In this document: piece after piece, positions 1 to 13,000 of the stretch
Layout: each line of letters begins with the position of its first letter
Numbering within the stretch: position 1 is the first letter of the stretch
Origin: Trichosphaerium sp. ATCC 40318
Taxonomy: Eukaryota; Protista; Tubulinea
Assembly (NCBI GenBank): GCA_038496445.1
Contig: JALMLS010000480.1
Location: forward strand, 186,001 to 250,000
Length of the DNA stretch: 64,000 nucleotides
Direction of reading: 5' to 3'
Notes under the pieces: generated by a model
Database searches by the model: none
The model's input: the letters and a program-made list of their open reading frames with translations, nothing else
What the model was told of the DNA's origin: nothing
Translations under genes and position numbers: made by a program

Positions 1-1155
1 TTAAACTTGGATGAGTTAAGCGCTATCACGTTGCCCTTTTGCATTGTCGCTTTGCTACAAGGCTATCATGAAAGTGTGATAACAAGTTCAATAAAAATTA
101 CTTTGTACTTATGCAAACGTTATGCTGGTGACCATAGATATGTGATGTTCTCAAACATTGTTTTATCCCTTATACTAAGAACTTTGGGAACATGGGAATA
201 GTTTGATGTCTTTGTACCTGTTTGATAAAGAGTCTCAAGACTTTCAATTACCAAGAATCGTTCTTTAGCTTCTTTTTTATTTTCGGTGTATTAGTGTTAT
301 AGTTTCCTAACAAGTTCTAAAAATATCCAGTAAATCAACCTTGTAGGTTTGTTGTAACTAGAAACGCCCAAGGAGATGAGTATGTCGTGAAAACAGAAAA
401 CAAGAAGTTGAATAGACAAACATGAAGATTGCACGCGACATGATTTGTATGGTTATCTAACAACACAGTTAGTCTTTCGCTCACGTATTTGAATGTATAA
501 TAGTGTTAAAGTAGTTGTATTAGATGGACAAACAACATTGAGGTGTTATCATTACACAAAATAGTCATTCCCAGTAAGAAAACTGGCTCTGACATGTCTG
601 GTATTGATTTATGAAAGCTGCTCTTTTCAGTATTCAGTCTAATAATGTGTTATAGTGGAATTCCAAATAAGGAAACAGGGCTAGATTGAATTGATTCATT
701 GAGAAGCCCTAGGAGTCCTCGCTTCATTTAAAACGATACATAAGTATTACTCTTACTTGTAATCAAGAAGTATACAAACTCTCACTTGTGAGGCTTAACC
801 TGGTGAGTTCGTTGATAGAAGGGATATTATAAATAATTAACTTAAAAACAAAGGCACGTGACATCATGAAAGGCTACAACGTATGTGGTATACTGATAAT
901 GGGTGGCTTTCCTAGGATAAGTGTACTGATTAGATGCTGATAAAGGACTAAACGCAAATATAAACATGGTTTTTTGTTTTCTTTTTTTTTTTTATTACAA
1001 CTTTCTTTGTTTGTATTTTTTGTTTTCCAAGTTTTAATAACATCTCTGTCTCACCAAAGGTAGTATAAATATACTGTTGTGTAGTAAGCTCTTGTAATTT
1101 TTAGAAAAAAACATCTAAGTGACAATGGTCTCTATGGGTATTTCTTCCGCTCCTA

Positions 1156-1834
1156 TCAACAATCAATTAATTGGTTGCTCTCAACCTCTGGTTCTGAACC
1201 TGGTGTACTATCTTCCTGAGCATTGTCTTCTAAATATCGAATAAAAAACTGTCACTTCATACTTGAAGATAAAAAAATTATTTTAAACACGTGGTTACAT
1301 ACGCGCAAGTAACGCAATACGAAGGTAAATTGCAAAAAAAAATAAATCTCTGAAGCAAAAATAAAATAGAAATTCTATCAGGTATTAGAGACGTACCTTC
1401 TCCAAACACTCCTCCTGCTTTCTCTTTGAGCTCTGGTGGTAAATTTCTAGGTATTTGTTTTAGGATTTTTGGCAAACTGAGCCCAAAAAAAAAAAAACAC
1501 TATCGAAGTCTCAGACAACGAGCTAGTTAACTAAAGTAATCTAGAACCACGTGGACTGTAAATACCCATAACGGATGCGTATTAATCAGTCTGTTAAAAT
1601 CGATAATGTGACTATAAAGCTCCGTATACCACGTGTGTGTATTATTAACCGTTACTGAGTAATATAGGACGCCTCTAACGAAACCAAAAGGTAAAAACAA
1701 AAAAAGTTACGTTACCTTGCATCAAAAGAACCGTCGGGGTTATAACCCACGTGACCAGCATGTTGAAAACCGCTAGGACCTGATATTGAAAAGGTTACAG
1801 GCGCTTGTTTCTTCTTAGACCCAAAGGCTCCCAT
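1156..1834 (-). CDS. Small (~80 aa) N-myristoylated CRIB/PBD-only protein, 3 exons
   Basis: Spliced: MGAFGSKKKQAPVTFSISGPSGFQHAGHVGYNPDGSFDAR|NLPPELKEKAGGVFGE|EDNAQEDSTPGSEPEVESNQLIDC*. CRIB consensus ISxPxxFxHxxHVG followed by the WASP/PAK-like FDxxNLPPE; MGxxxS myristoylation motif; GT-AG introns keep the frame. Confidence 0.85.
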
Positions 1835-2654
1835 TATATGTGGACTAGAACTACAGTTAGGCTTGCCAAATTTCTTTAATGTTGTTTTGTGTTTTCAAAC
1901 TAAATTTCTTTCGGTTTTACGGGTGATTGTGGTCGATTTGGTATAGTTAAGCGTATTTTCTATTAACCCAATACAACCATAAAATCAAAACAATGTTAAA
2001 AACCAATCACGTGTTTATAGGAACGCGTAAAAGTCAATAAAATAATAAAATGAGAAGGATTTGAAAAAAAAAAAAAAAAAACTACAACCTGAGCTATTGT
2101 TTGCTCAGAAAGATACAAGAGTCTTAAAGTACACCATATGCGATCGCGTTGTAAATAAGTAGTAGATCATTTTACAACGGTTCAAGCACATGACGGCGTG
2201 ATTGCGTCACAAGGAGAACAAAAAATCATAAAAGGAACTTTGCAAATAGCTGTTATTTTGATTCTATTACGTACGTACTCAAGTGGTTTTACTTCGCGTT
2301 TCAAAAATTACAACGGCCTTCCGTTAACAGAATTGACTTGACTGGTCAATTTGACATAACGTCTGTAGTACATACTTAAAGAACAGCGAAATACTCATCG
2401 TAGTATACTAGAGTATCGTACTAGGTCATTAAAAGGTACGTATTGAAAAAAGGAAATGGAGTTGCTGTTTGGTTGGCTATTTTTTACAATTCCAAAAAAC
2501 AAGCTCCGAAGTAACAACTTATAAACGATTTTTTCAGGAAGGGAGCCTATTGACTTAATTAAATTCAGAAGCTCAGAAAAAACAAAAAAAAACCAAGCCT
2601 CTTTGAAAAAAAAAAAAATAGGTCGCACAACCCCTTAATAGGTATATTTCGCGT

Positions 2655-5291
2655 ATGCAATCTGTAAAGGTTGTAGTAGTAGGGTACCCAATTGATTTTG
2701 ATTAAACAAAAAAGAGACAAACGCTAAAATTGTAGTAGTGATGGCGCTGTCGGCAAATCATGCCTTTGCGTCTCATTCGCATACAAGGCTTTCCCGCGAG
2801 ATTATGTACCTACTGTATTCGATAACTTTAATGCAGTTGTAAAATTTGAAAACCGCTCTGTAAATCTAGGTGCGTAGTGTTATTTATTGGCTAAATTAGC
2901 TTTAAAAAAACGCAACTCGCGACATCAGCTCACCGGTATTTTAAAACAGGCCTTTGGGATACCGCAGGACAACATGATTTTGAACGTATTCGACCTGTAT
3001 CATACAAAGAGACAGACGTAGTCTTTATGTTCTTTTCCTTGGTTAATCCGATAAGCTTCCAAAATATCAAAGCAAAGGCACGGCAATTAATATATACAAC
3101 GTCTACGCACCTTTTGGCGTTATTTTAGAAGGCCGTTATAATTTTTCGAGTTTTGATTTTTGAAATTTTATTTAGCGTTTATTGTTGCTTCTTTACGTTA
3201 ATCTAACTGAGTATAGTGGTTACCAGAAATAAGACAGCACGTTGGTGATGCACCAGTTTTATTGGTTGGAACCAAACTAGACCTTCGTACAGATCAAGAG
3301 ACCCTAGATAAATTACGTGAGAGGAATCAAAAGCCAATAGAACGCAAAGCAGGCAAAAAGATGGCGAGAGATATTGGCGCTGTCGGTTACTTTGAATGCT
3401 CATCAAAAGAGAACCTTGGATTAAAGGATTTATTCGATGAGGCTGTTCGTATTGTTATTAATAAGAAACAGAACAAAAAATATGGTAAAGTATGCGCTTC
3501 TACATCTTGTCGCCAAGTGTTCACAAAGCTTGGACCAAAGCGTGCAGTACGTACCGTTTTTAGTACATTTTGTTTTGATCATTCAAACTTGATTTTTTTT
3601 ATTTCTTTATTTTAATGGCTGTATTATTATTATACGGGAGCAGTGATGGTCCTTGATACGTTTTTTGGTAAAAACGTTGCTAAGTATTGTTTGTTGAACC
3701 CTTTTTTTGATTTTTCTTTTTTTTTTTGGGTTTTCTTATTTTACTAAAACGTCATTTTCTCGTACTGACTACTTATTATTGTAATAGGTTAAATGTAGCA
3801 GGTGTTCTCATTTGTTTTGTCATAATTGTACTCAGTCATGGTCTGATGGGTTTAAAGGATGTCTAGAATGTACGTAAAACATCAAAAAAAAAAGCACATT
3901 GAGTGTCCACAAGAACGCTCATTTTTCTTGCTTCCTCTCGTTTGTAACTCTGTAGTTGGTGTATTACGTTGCTTATTTTATTTTTGCCAGGTTCTGCAAA
4001 CGAAGCAAGGGAGAGAAAACAAGCTGGTGAGACTTTACCAAAAGTCAAACGTGAGGTCACAACAGACTTTGAATCTGGTTTCGGTGGATACTTCGACCCA
4101 GAGAAGCCAGAGAAAAAACCTAAAAAGAAGAGGCGTATGACTAAAGGCGGGAACTTGATTGATCCTCACAGTGAGGTGACTGAAGAAGAAGGTGATAAAA
4201 CTGCGGATGATGCAAAAACTGAAGCATCCATGGAGAGCAAGGATAATAATAATGCAGAGTTGAAGAGCGGCAAGGGTAGTCCAAAGACAGCTCCTGTAGG
4301 CAAAACTGAAGAAAAAAAGTCAAAAAAGTCTAAGGCTTCTAAATCAGCGAGGTCTAAGAGCGTGTGCGTCATATTATCTATCTGCTTTAACCGTTTTTAA
4401 CTACAAAACCGAAAATAATGGTCCTGAACGTAAAACGCACGTAAAGCGTGTTCATATTTACTTTTGTTCCCATATTTTATTTATATTAGTGGTAACGCAC
4501 CGGAATTAATTATTTAAGGAGCTGTACAGTTCAAATCGTTCAAATTCTCTACTTTTTTTTTAACTCCCACCCCCACAGAAACGCCTTGCGTTTTAGTTGG
4601 CTTATAAAAACTGTATTTTCAAGGAGAATGCATAAGAACTGTAAATCATATTTTAACGTTTTTTTTTTATTTGAAATTTGATTATTGATGCTTTGTACTT
4701 ACTGTGGGTCATAGTAGTGAGCCAACAGGTGGTAAAGAATCAGTTAAATCGCCTAAATTGTCTAGAGATAAAGAATCTGGTAGCGTTCATGAGAATGGTG
4801 GTAGTACAGCGAGGGATAATGACGAGGTAGCGAGTCGCACAAGCGAATCTCAAGGGCAGCCTCCGGCCTGGTAGATTTTTTATATTATATTATAATGTTT
4901 TGACCTGCAATGGCTTCGTTGTAGTGTCAAAACACCCTTTGTATCTAGTATGTATTTTATTAGCTTAGTTTTAATGCAAAATCTTCATTTTTGTTTTTCT
5001 ACAAGTGTTTCTTGTAGAGTAAGACAAAATCAAAACTTTTCTCCTCTACAGTTTTTTATCGCAAGAAATTTTTTGTTGTTTTTGTAGATTGCTTTTTTTT
5101 TGACTATGTTTGTAAAAGAAATAGTTCTTACGAGTTATCAGGTACCGCCTAGTAGTGGACGAAGGAAAAAAAGCAAATCTTCGAAAGATAAAAAAAATGT
5201 AGACAAAAAAGGAGAGGGTGCAACAAAGTCAGCTGAAGATGGGGAGGTTGAAAGGAAAAGTTCTCAACAAAAGCTCGCTGCTACTACTTGA
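2655..5291 (+). CDS. Rac/Rho-family GTPase fused to a FYVE-like zinc finger and a Lys/Glu-rich tail
   Basis: [17 protein letters not shown]...YVPTVFDNF...LWDTAGQ...LVGTKLDLR...YFECSSK, then CASTSC...[13 protein letters not shown]...GCLEC, then a low-complexity tail ending ...QKLAATT* with no CAAX. About 8 exons; the last two are less certain. Confidence 0.9.
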
Positions 5292-5715
5292 AAATTTAAA
5301 AAAACGTGAAAAAAAAAAGAAAAAACCTTTTGAAACAAAAAAAACCAACCCCCACCTCCTCCCTCCGCTTGTTTTGCAGTTGCTGTACAATTCTAAAATG
5401 TAAATATAAAGTTCAATCTCGAAAATGGTTACTTGGTTGTTATGTAGATTTAGAAGCAATGAAGGTTTTGAAATTAGAAAAAAAATGGAATGAAATGTCT
5501 GTGTGGACCAGTTTCATGGATTGATGTTAATTTTTCTGTTTTGAACCAGCTAGGTTTGTATTGCCGAATAACAGTATGGTGGTTTGAGAAAAGTTCAGGT
5601 CTCTGGGAATGATATTATGTGCGTGCTGTCATTTTTTTATGAATCTTATTAATGTTTGATTAAAAGTCAACGAATGGACTTCCACAATCGCAGTTCTTCT
5701 GGTTTAGTTTCTAAA

Positions 5716-7703
5716 ATGCATTACATTGCATTATATTTATTTTTTGCTACGTTGGGAGTTTCTGGGTTAATTATACATGGTGCTCAAGACAGTAAGTCCA
5801 ACAAGCTATACACCACAGTTTACCTCCAAAATTTTGACGTTTTAAAGAGCACTTCGACAGTCCTAATATATCGTGGCTTTCAGGAGATTCGTGGAGCACT
5901 AATACAATAAATGGCACGTTATTTTTGAAAAACACGTGATCGGTTGCTTCATAGTTGTCTATGGGCGTCAGGCATCCATTACAAAGTTTCTTTGCCCTAA
6001 TGAAAAATATCCCAGTTTTAAACGAAATCCGACATAATCACGTGATACGAATACGACTTTTTTGACATTCTGCTTGTTTACTCTCATGCTATAGGCTTAC
6101 TTGTTGCCTTGACTCACCCGAATGTAACAAACAAAATTGTATTAATTAAAAACTCACTCGAAGATTGGAGCGCCACTGTAGGCGCAGCGCACCAGCTTGG
6201 AGCTAAAGCTGTTGTACTATACTCTACAGATATCAGTATGTACTGTATCTACATAGCAACAGTTAACTCTATTTTAGATGTCCCAGGCGCATTCAACTAC
6301 GTAAAGCTGAGTCGTATTGAGGCGCCGCAAAAGCTTCCTAGCATTCCAACAGTTGAAGTTGCTGGAGAAGAAATTGAAGATATTTATGACATGGTCTATA
6401 CACCAACTATTAATGGCACTTTTATTGAGTTTAATGTCACTCTCTTTAGCGATGGTACAGTCTTAGTTTATAACCAAGTGCCATGGTAATAATAGCGCTT
6501 AGAACCAAATCCATGGAGTGGTGTCTCAGTGTATGGAACTGTACGTTATTATTTTGTAATAAGCACACTTCTAAGCCTTTCTGATTAGATAGTTTTCTCA
6601 ATTGTTATTGGATCTCTATGTATTTGTGCAACGTTCCTGGCATGTCATAAGATATACATCATATACAAGTCACCTCAGGGGTTACAACTAACATCTCAGT
6701 TGGCATGTCTTTACATTGAAGTGTTTGCAAACACATTGAGGAGTATTTATGTTATCATTGATCCAATATACTCAAGACGTATCTTTCCAATGCCTTTCCA
6801 TTCATTCATGATCCTTGGACTTGTATCACTATCACTTGCAACAACAGTACTCATTGGGTTTTATTGGTACGTTATCAGTAGTTGAACCAAATTTATATTT
6901 GATCACGTGACCTTTGTTGCCATCTGTAAAGAAGAAAATGGAAACTGTTTTTTTTCTTTTAACTTCTCTTTAGGCATGAAATGCTTCTTAACGTCAAGAC
7001 TTTGAGAGAAAATCATAAATTCACTGTTGGCAAATTCTTTATACCAAGTGTAGTTATTGTTACCCTTCTTATACTGCTTGAAATAACAGTTGTCTTTCTT
7101 CTAATATTCTATGTATTTAATGCTGCTTACATTATTTTTGAAGCTATTGTTTTACTTCTATCTTTTGCCTCAGGTATATACTTACTTATCACTGGATACT
7201 TTGTACTCAAAAGGCTCAATAAAGTACAAGCGAAATCAAAAACACTGAAAACAATAAGACGTGTACGTCAACCCTGTTGGATCGAACTTGATACACATCT
7301 TTTTTCTCCAAACATTCATTTTTTAGTAAATCTATTGACCATTTTTCTGCTTTGTATAGACACATCCGGCCTTTTGTTGCTGTCTAGACTAAACACCATT
7401 GACACTAATTTATTGATATAAATCTTGACTAACAAAATTGTTTAGATAACCATACAAATCATGTCGAGTGCAATCTTCATATTTATCTATTCACTCAACT
7501 TCATTTTTTTTGTTTTCAAAACATACTCATCTCCTTGGCCGTTTCTAGCTACAACGTTTATGTATTGGGTTCCTTTATTACTTGTTAGTATCATACAAAT
7601 ATCAGCTATACAAAAGAAACCAAAGAAGCAAGATTCATCATCCGCAGTACAGACAATGACTCACATTCCAACTACCGCAATAACTACTTCACCGAACATT
7701 TAA
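5716..7703 (+). CDS. Signal peptide + PA (protease-associated)-like domain + ~7 transmembrane helices
   Basis: Hydrophobic leader MHYIALYLFFATLGVSG; PA-like motifs VTNKIVLI...AHQLGAKAVVLY...IPTVEV; then seven hydrophobic segments across exons at 6590-7610 and a Ser/Thr-rich tail. Confidence 0.75.
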
Positions 7704-8134
7704 CTAGTGTTGTGCTTACCAAAATAAAGCCAATAATCACAACAGACGTTGAGTTATATTACCAAAACATAGCGTGTTGCTAACATAGAATTTATGTCGT
7801 ATACTAACAATGAGTTGTGTAAGAACAATCTACTAGTTTGAAACCTGAGAAGTAAAGTTAGAGTTATAACACTCTCAGTTTACTTTCTTCTATCAACTAA
7901 CCAAGGAACACTAACTAAGACAATGTTGGGAGGAAGACAAAATGTCTTGTAGCTCTAAGTAATTAAAGTTAAACATGAGTTTACTATAGGAATACAATTG
8001 TTTTGTTTAATAGATAGTTGCTAGTATCGTTTCATCTCAAATGCATCAGTTAACTGTTAGATACTTGAAGTTTATTTTAAACTTTTCGCCATACCTAGTA
8101 CACAAGTAGATACCATTTGCATGATTTGAACTAT

Positions 8135-9327
8135 TTATTGCTTGGATCGGAGGTTATTTTTGAGTATGTTAGCACCATAACGATTGTTCTGTTCAGGATG
8201 TAAACGTTCAAGCCTTTCACCACAATACTTTCCAAGAGTACAACACGTGAACGTTTCGTTTTCTCCAACCAAAACAGTATGTTCTCCATCTAAAATATAG
8301 TTGTATAATCCATCAGATACACGAACAACTGAGTCATACAATTCATCTGGTCTGTACCTAACACGATTTTTCAGTCAACAGAAAAGAAAAAAATGAGAAA
8401 ATGATTTAAGGTTTTCTCTTTGTCCACCTAATGAATACACCTCTGTATTCAACGTGAAATAGACGCAATTATACATATCGCTTTCGTATGAGGTTACAAT
8501 TTTTTCATGAGCGTCTGAGGCATGAAAATCACTTTCTACAAAACTAAAATTTAGCATTCGTACCATTCGCCTTTGATGAGTATAGGGTGACCTCTAGTTA
8601 TCCAAAAGTCACCTAGTTTGACCATACGTTTCTTTACTTTCTCGCGAATGGCATCAACATATAAAACAGTTTGTACTGTTCCTGAAGATGATACAATTTT
8701 ATCACCAACACAAATAACTTTTGCTTTCCTTTTCATTATTGTACCATCATCTGTTACTATTTTTAGCATAAATTTTCCATCAAAACACCCTGGATCATCG
8801 TAATAGTATACTATTGGTTGTACTCTAGTGTATAGCTTCCTTCCATTCTTCTCACAAACAACATTGGCATGGGGCATTTGACGCCACTGTCTGTCATAGC
8901 TAGGGTAGACAACAATACTGCAAATACCGTCCTTGGCCTCTGAGCAATTGTGACGACCCAATACGACACTGTTATCCACAATTCCGTAATCTCCTTGTAG
9001 ATAGCTACTACTATCTTTCTCGGGTACTTGGGCTCTTACTTCGACAGTATATGTACCAGCACCTTTGTTTAGAAGCTCTGATTCTATTGAAACGCGTATT
9101 GCAAGAGAACGAGATGCGTTTTGGGCGAAACTTAATCGTTTAGGAAGTGCCGGATAGAGGCTTTTTTCGGCTCTTACAAGCACGTTGAAGCGTAGTGAAA
9201 CTGTTTTAATGCTATCCAGCTGTTTGTAAGTGAGGTGAGAAAAGATTGATAGTAAACAGTCATCATTAACGTCCTGTAGCGTTGTAGACAGCGTTAAAGC
9301 TGATAAATTGGTGTCTAAATTATCCAT
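8135..9327 (-). CDS. F-box protein with a C-terminal Vint-type Hint (hedgehog/intein) domain
   Basis: F-box-like LQDVNDDCLLSIFSHLTYKQLDSIKTVSLRFNVLV. Hint block A YYDDPG/CFDG (Cys codon 8785-8787), VGDKI, block B WITRGHPI. One GT-AG intron 8358-8563 joins GEW|YRPDEL...LYNYILDGEHTVLV...CCTLGKYCG. Confidence 0.85.
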
Positions 9328-10744
9328 ACGGTATTTGATGCTTTGGTTGATGTTTCGGTTAGTGGATCAACTTAATACCGAAGTAGCTAAGGCAACAATC
9401 AAAATCTATTTTTGGCTTTTGACTGTAAACACAGGTTATGAGTGTTACACCCACAAAAAGGTATATGACCAGTATTCATTAGTACTTGGAGTAACAGTAC
9501 TCTGTGTTTGAGTGTAGAAACCTCAAGGCCAAAACATAACAGTCAAAATAAAATGGTAGCTAAACAGAATTGAAAACAAGTTTGTGCCTTCTGTGGTAAC
9601 GTATCACGTGTTGAGATAATTTCAAATATAAAGGCCAGTAACTGTTCACATACATTGGTTGGGTCGGTAGAGGTAGGGTGCAGCACAGTTTTTGCACAAA
9701 GTTTACAATTTGTAGAAATGCAGAATTCACAAAATGCCGATTTGCTACTTTTACTGCATTTTATGGATTCTTTATAGTGCTATTTCTCATCATTGAAATC
9801 ATTTTTGTACTGTTGATTGCGCTTCATAGTATACAGTATACTATAGAGTACTTTTAAGTAATGAGAAAGTATTTCGTTAATGCAGTGGTGAGAAAAGGTA
9901 CTACCATTTCAATCAGTTTTTTTTTCACCAGGTAATTTCATTGTAAAATTACCAATTACAGAAAAGGAAATTATAGAATTTCCTTTTAGAGATGAACAAC
10001 GAGAGACAGATGTCTCTCCTGGATTTATCTAGTATGTTTAACTAATATCTCTAGGTAACTTGTATAGATAAATACGGGCCTTTTACAGGAAGGTGGTTGT
10101 ACTTCAGATTTTAGTCGGAAAAGAAAAAATAAAGATGCTTCCAAAATAGAACCACTTACATATAACTGTAAAACTAAAGGCACTAATTAAACGTGTCAAT
10201 CGTTTACGCATTACTCAAGGAATCAAAGCGTAAACGTCATAATGGGCAAGTTATACTAAAATGCAAAAAAAAAAGTCGAAAAAATGTCAAAGATATTGAA
10301 CTGTTCGCCACAAAGGGATACAACTGGGCTATGGTGCTCAGTCGCGGTAAGGCATAGCCCTTCAAACCGCCCCCCTACAATGGGGCTTTCTAAATAGTTC
10401 CTATGGCATAATATAGGATAATTAGTGCCGAATTTGACTTTTTGCAAAATTCCACAGGTTGGGTTTCCGATTTACGCACATTTTTGAAGCCTAATTGTCA
10501 GCCAGCTTCTAAACAGCCTGATGCGGCTTGAGATGTGTATACAATATAAATGAGTACATCTTACCGCTGTTTTATCCCACGTGGTGGCTAGAATTGGCAG
10601 AGTATTTTTACGCAGTCTTCTTGTTACTAGGTAACAGTAACGTTCTGTACAACTGACGTGATAGCCTTAAATGAGCGAGGTGAAGAGAGAAAACAAGAAG
10701 AAGAAAGCGGTATTGATTAAAACGGTCACAGTAAATTGTGTTGC

Positions 10745-11800
10745 TTACATTAACAATGCCATGCGAACGTTGTGAAAACTATTTGAGGATTTTGAAAAAA
10801 CGAAAACTAACACGTGTTTATTGCCTGTAAATGTTGTAAATGTTGCTGAATAACACAGCAAACGTCTTTTACAGCAAAATAATGAGGGTGCAAATAATAA
10901 ATCACAGGACCCATCTCGGACCAGATATTGGATTGTTGTCAGCATATTTCCAATAATAACAATCCACTCTTAAGCACATGACGTCATTACCAACTATCTG
11001 TTTGATTTTACTCTTTGTTGGCGCTTCGCTAGCACAAATGTCTTTTTTACAAGCTACAGTCGATTTTGATGATGCCGCAGCTGTTTGTGAAGAACAGTAA
11101 GCCAACTCCTTCCTACTCCGGATGATTTCGTTAACGTTTTGTGTTAACACGATACGTTAGGGGCTTGGTTTTAGCCGAGATCCTCTCTGATGCCGATTTC
11201 AACATGGCCAGTACCGTTTGCTCAACAGGATGCATGGCGTGGGTCAACGCTCAAAGAGAACCATTGAGCGCTACTCTTAACGACAGGCGCGCCAATTTTT
11301 GGGTTGTTTGAACTCTTTAACGTCCGTCATTAGATGTCAACAATGTCGCACTAACCCTACTCCATGTACTGACTGTGAAATGGTCCTAGATAGTATTGTG
11401 TGGTTGCGTAGTAACGTGAACGTTCGTCAAACGCCTCTATTTACAGACATTGTACTACCACAAAAAAAAAAAACGTAACACGTGCTGTTCACTTAACTAT
11501 TTTACAAGACTCCAGCCAACATCGTGACATACCTAAATATGTACTGGGGTGGCGCTGACCCAAACCGCCCAGCAATTGAATTGTGTGCCAATTTCTTTGG
11601 GACGGATGGAGGATTTTTGGTTGACATTGATTGTGGTTCTGACAATGGATTTACAACAGGAGTTCTTTGTCGTACGTATATTAATCTTACGTGAGCATTC
11701 AACTGAAATATAAAACCTAGAACCAGATCCATTGTGTCCGAATAGGTACATCCTTGTATAGTTTTGCATCACCACCAACCTATTCTTAGACTCAGCCAAG
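10745..11800 (-). CDS. Probable multi-exon hypothetical protein (Ser/Lys/Pro-rich); structure unresolved
   Basis: Open minus-strand segments (11502-11732, 10902-11150) with plausible GT/AG boundaries; no recognisable domain. Confidence 0.3.
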
Positions 11801-12318
11801 TAGATGCTGCTGCACGTGATGCTGTACGTGTGGCACTTCTTTAGCCTTTCTTAGCACCTACAATGTTGCAAAAGTAGCAAATTCGGGAAGTAAGACAAAC
11901 TTATGGTTGCGGCTTTGCATTACCTTCATTTAAGAAACTACTTTCTAATAAACAACATTGTTCACATATTTCTACTCAATCGATGCCTTCAAAGGAAGGC
12001 ATTAATAGAAACCCTTTTGTCCACAATTTGGTGACAGACGTCTGAAAACTGAACAAATGTTTGAGAAGACTGTCAAAATGGTTTTGTATGTTATGTATGC
12101 AATCATGCCTTTTCTTTGTCTTAACATGCATAAGAAGAAGTCAATAAAGATGTCGTCATGCTATAATCCCTTTAGAACACGTGGTTCTGTAAAGACAAAC
12201 CCTTTGAGGCAAACACGTTTCAATAGCAGGTTGATTAGATTGTTTCTTTTTGAGAAAGCACGAGTATAAAAAGATGGAGGTTTGTAACTTTTTTTTTACG
12301 TATTTTAGAACACGTGTT

Positions 12319-12895
12319 CTATAATTTATTACATTCAATACCAGCTTCGTCAAACATTTGTTTAAGCGTTCCATCACGTTTAGCACGCATTGTATCTACA
12401 CGTTGTAAGCGTCAGAAGTAGTTTTAAACAAACAAAGTGTATTTTAAGCTTTAATGGTACCATCACAACCGCCAACGAATTTACCGCCTATCCATACGTT
12501 TGGTACGCTACGTTGATGTGTTTCACGAGCAAGCTGTGCTTGAATTTCGCTTCCATTGGCTAGGTGACGTAAGTGAAAGCGTAGAGATTAAAATGGCGTT
12601 TGTAAGCGATTTGCTGAGATCAGTGCGGAGAATTTGAAGGAACCTTCAAAAAGGGAAGGTAAACGGCGTACTTTCTGTATCCAGTTCCATTAGACCGTAT
12701 TGCACGTCCAATGCCCGAAATAGCTTCTTTACCTGAGCGCAGTACCTAGAAACTAGTTATATTGGCATTAACGACGCGTGAATACCCGCAATATGTCTTT
12801 GAAAACACCATAATGTCATTTTCTGTTACTTTTTGTTTAATCAGCTCAGACATGCCGCTGGAATTCTCGCTCGTAGCGCTAAAGATACCTCCCAT
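12319..12895 (-). CDS. Dithiol glutaredoxin (CGYC), predicted N-myristoylated, 4 exons
   Basis: MGGIFS...MVFSKTYCG|YCAQVKKLF...MELDTE|TNGSEIQAQL...QRSVPNVWIGGKFVGGCD|DTMRAKRDGTLKQMF; all glutaredoxin motifs present. Confidence 0.92.
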
Positions 12896-13000
12896 TATTG
12901 TACGTTTGATTGTTGTGGTTTTAGCTTTGTTCGTATTTATTCTTGGCTTACAGTGCGCAGAGGTACGTATAACCTTGCACAATAGCATCCAAATACAAAA

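Noticed and set aside
8135-8787. Canonical protein-splicing intein or hedgehog protein
   Set aside because: No terminal His-Asn plus nucleophile, no endonuclease and no hedge domain; the motifs fit a Vint-type Hint.
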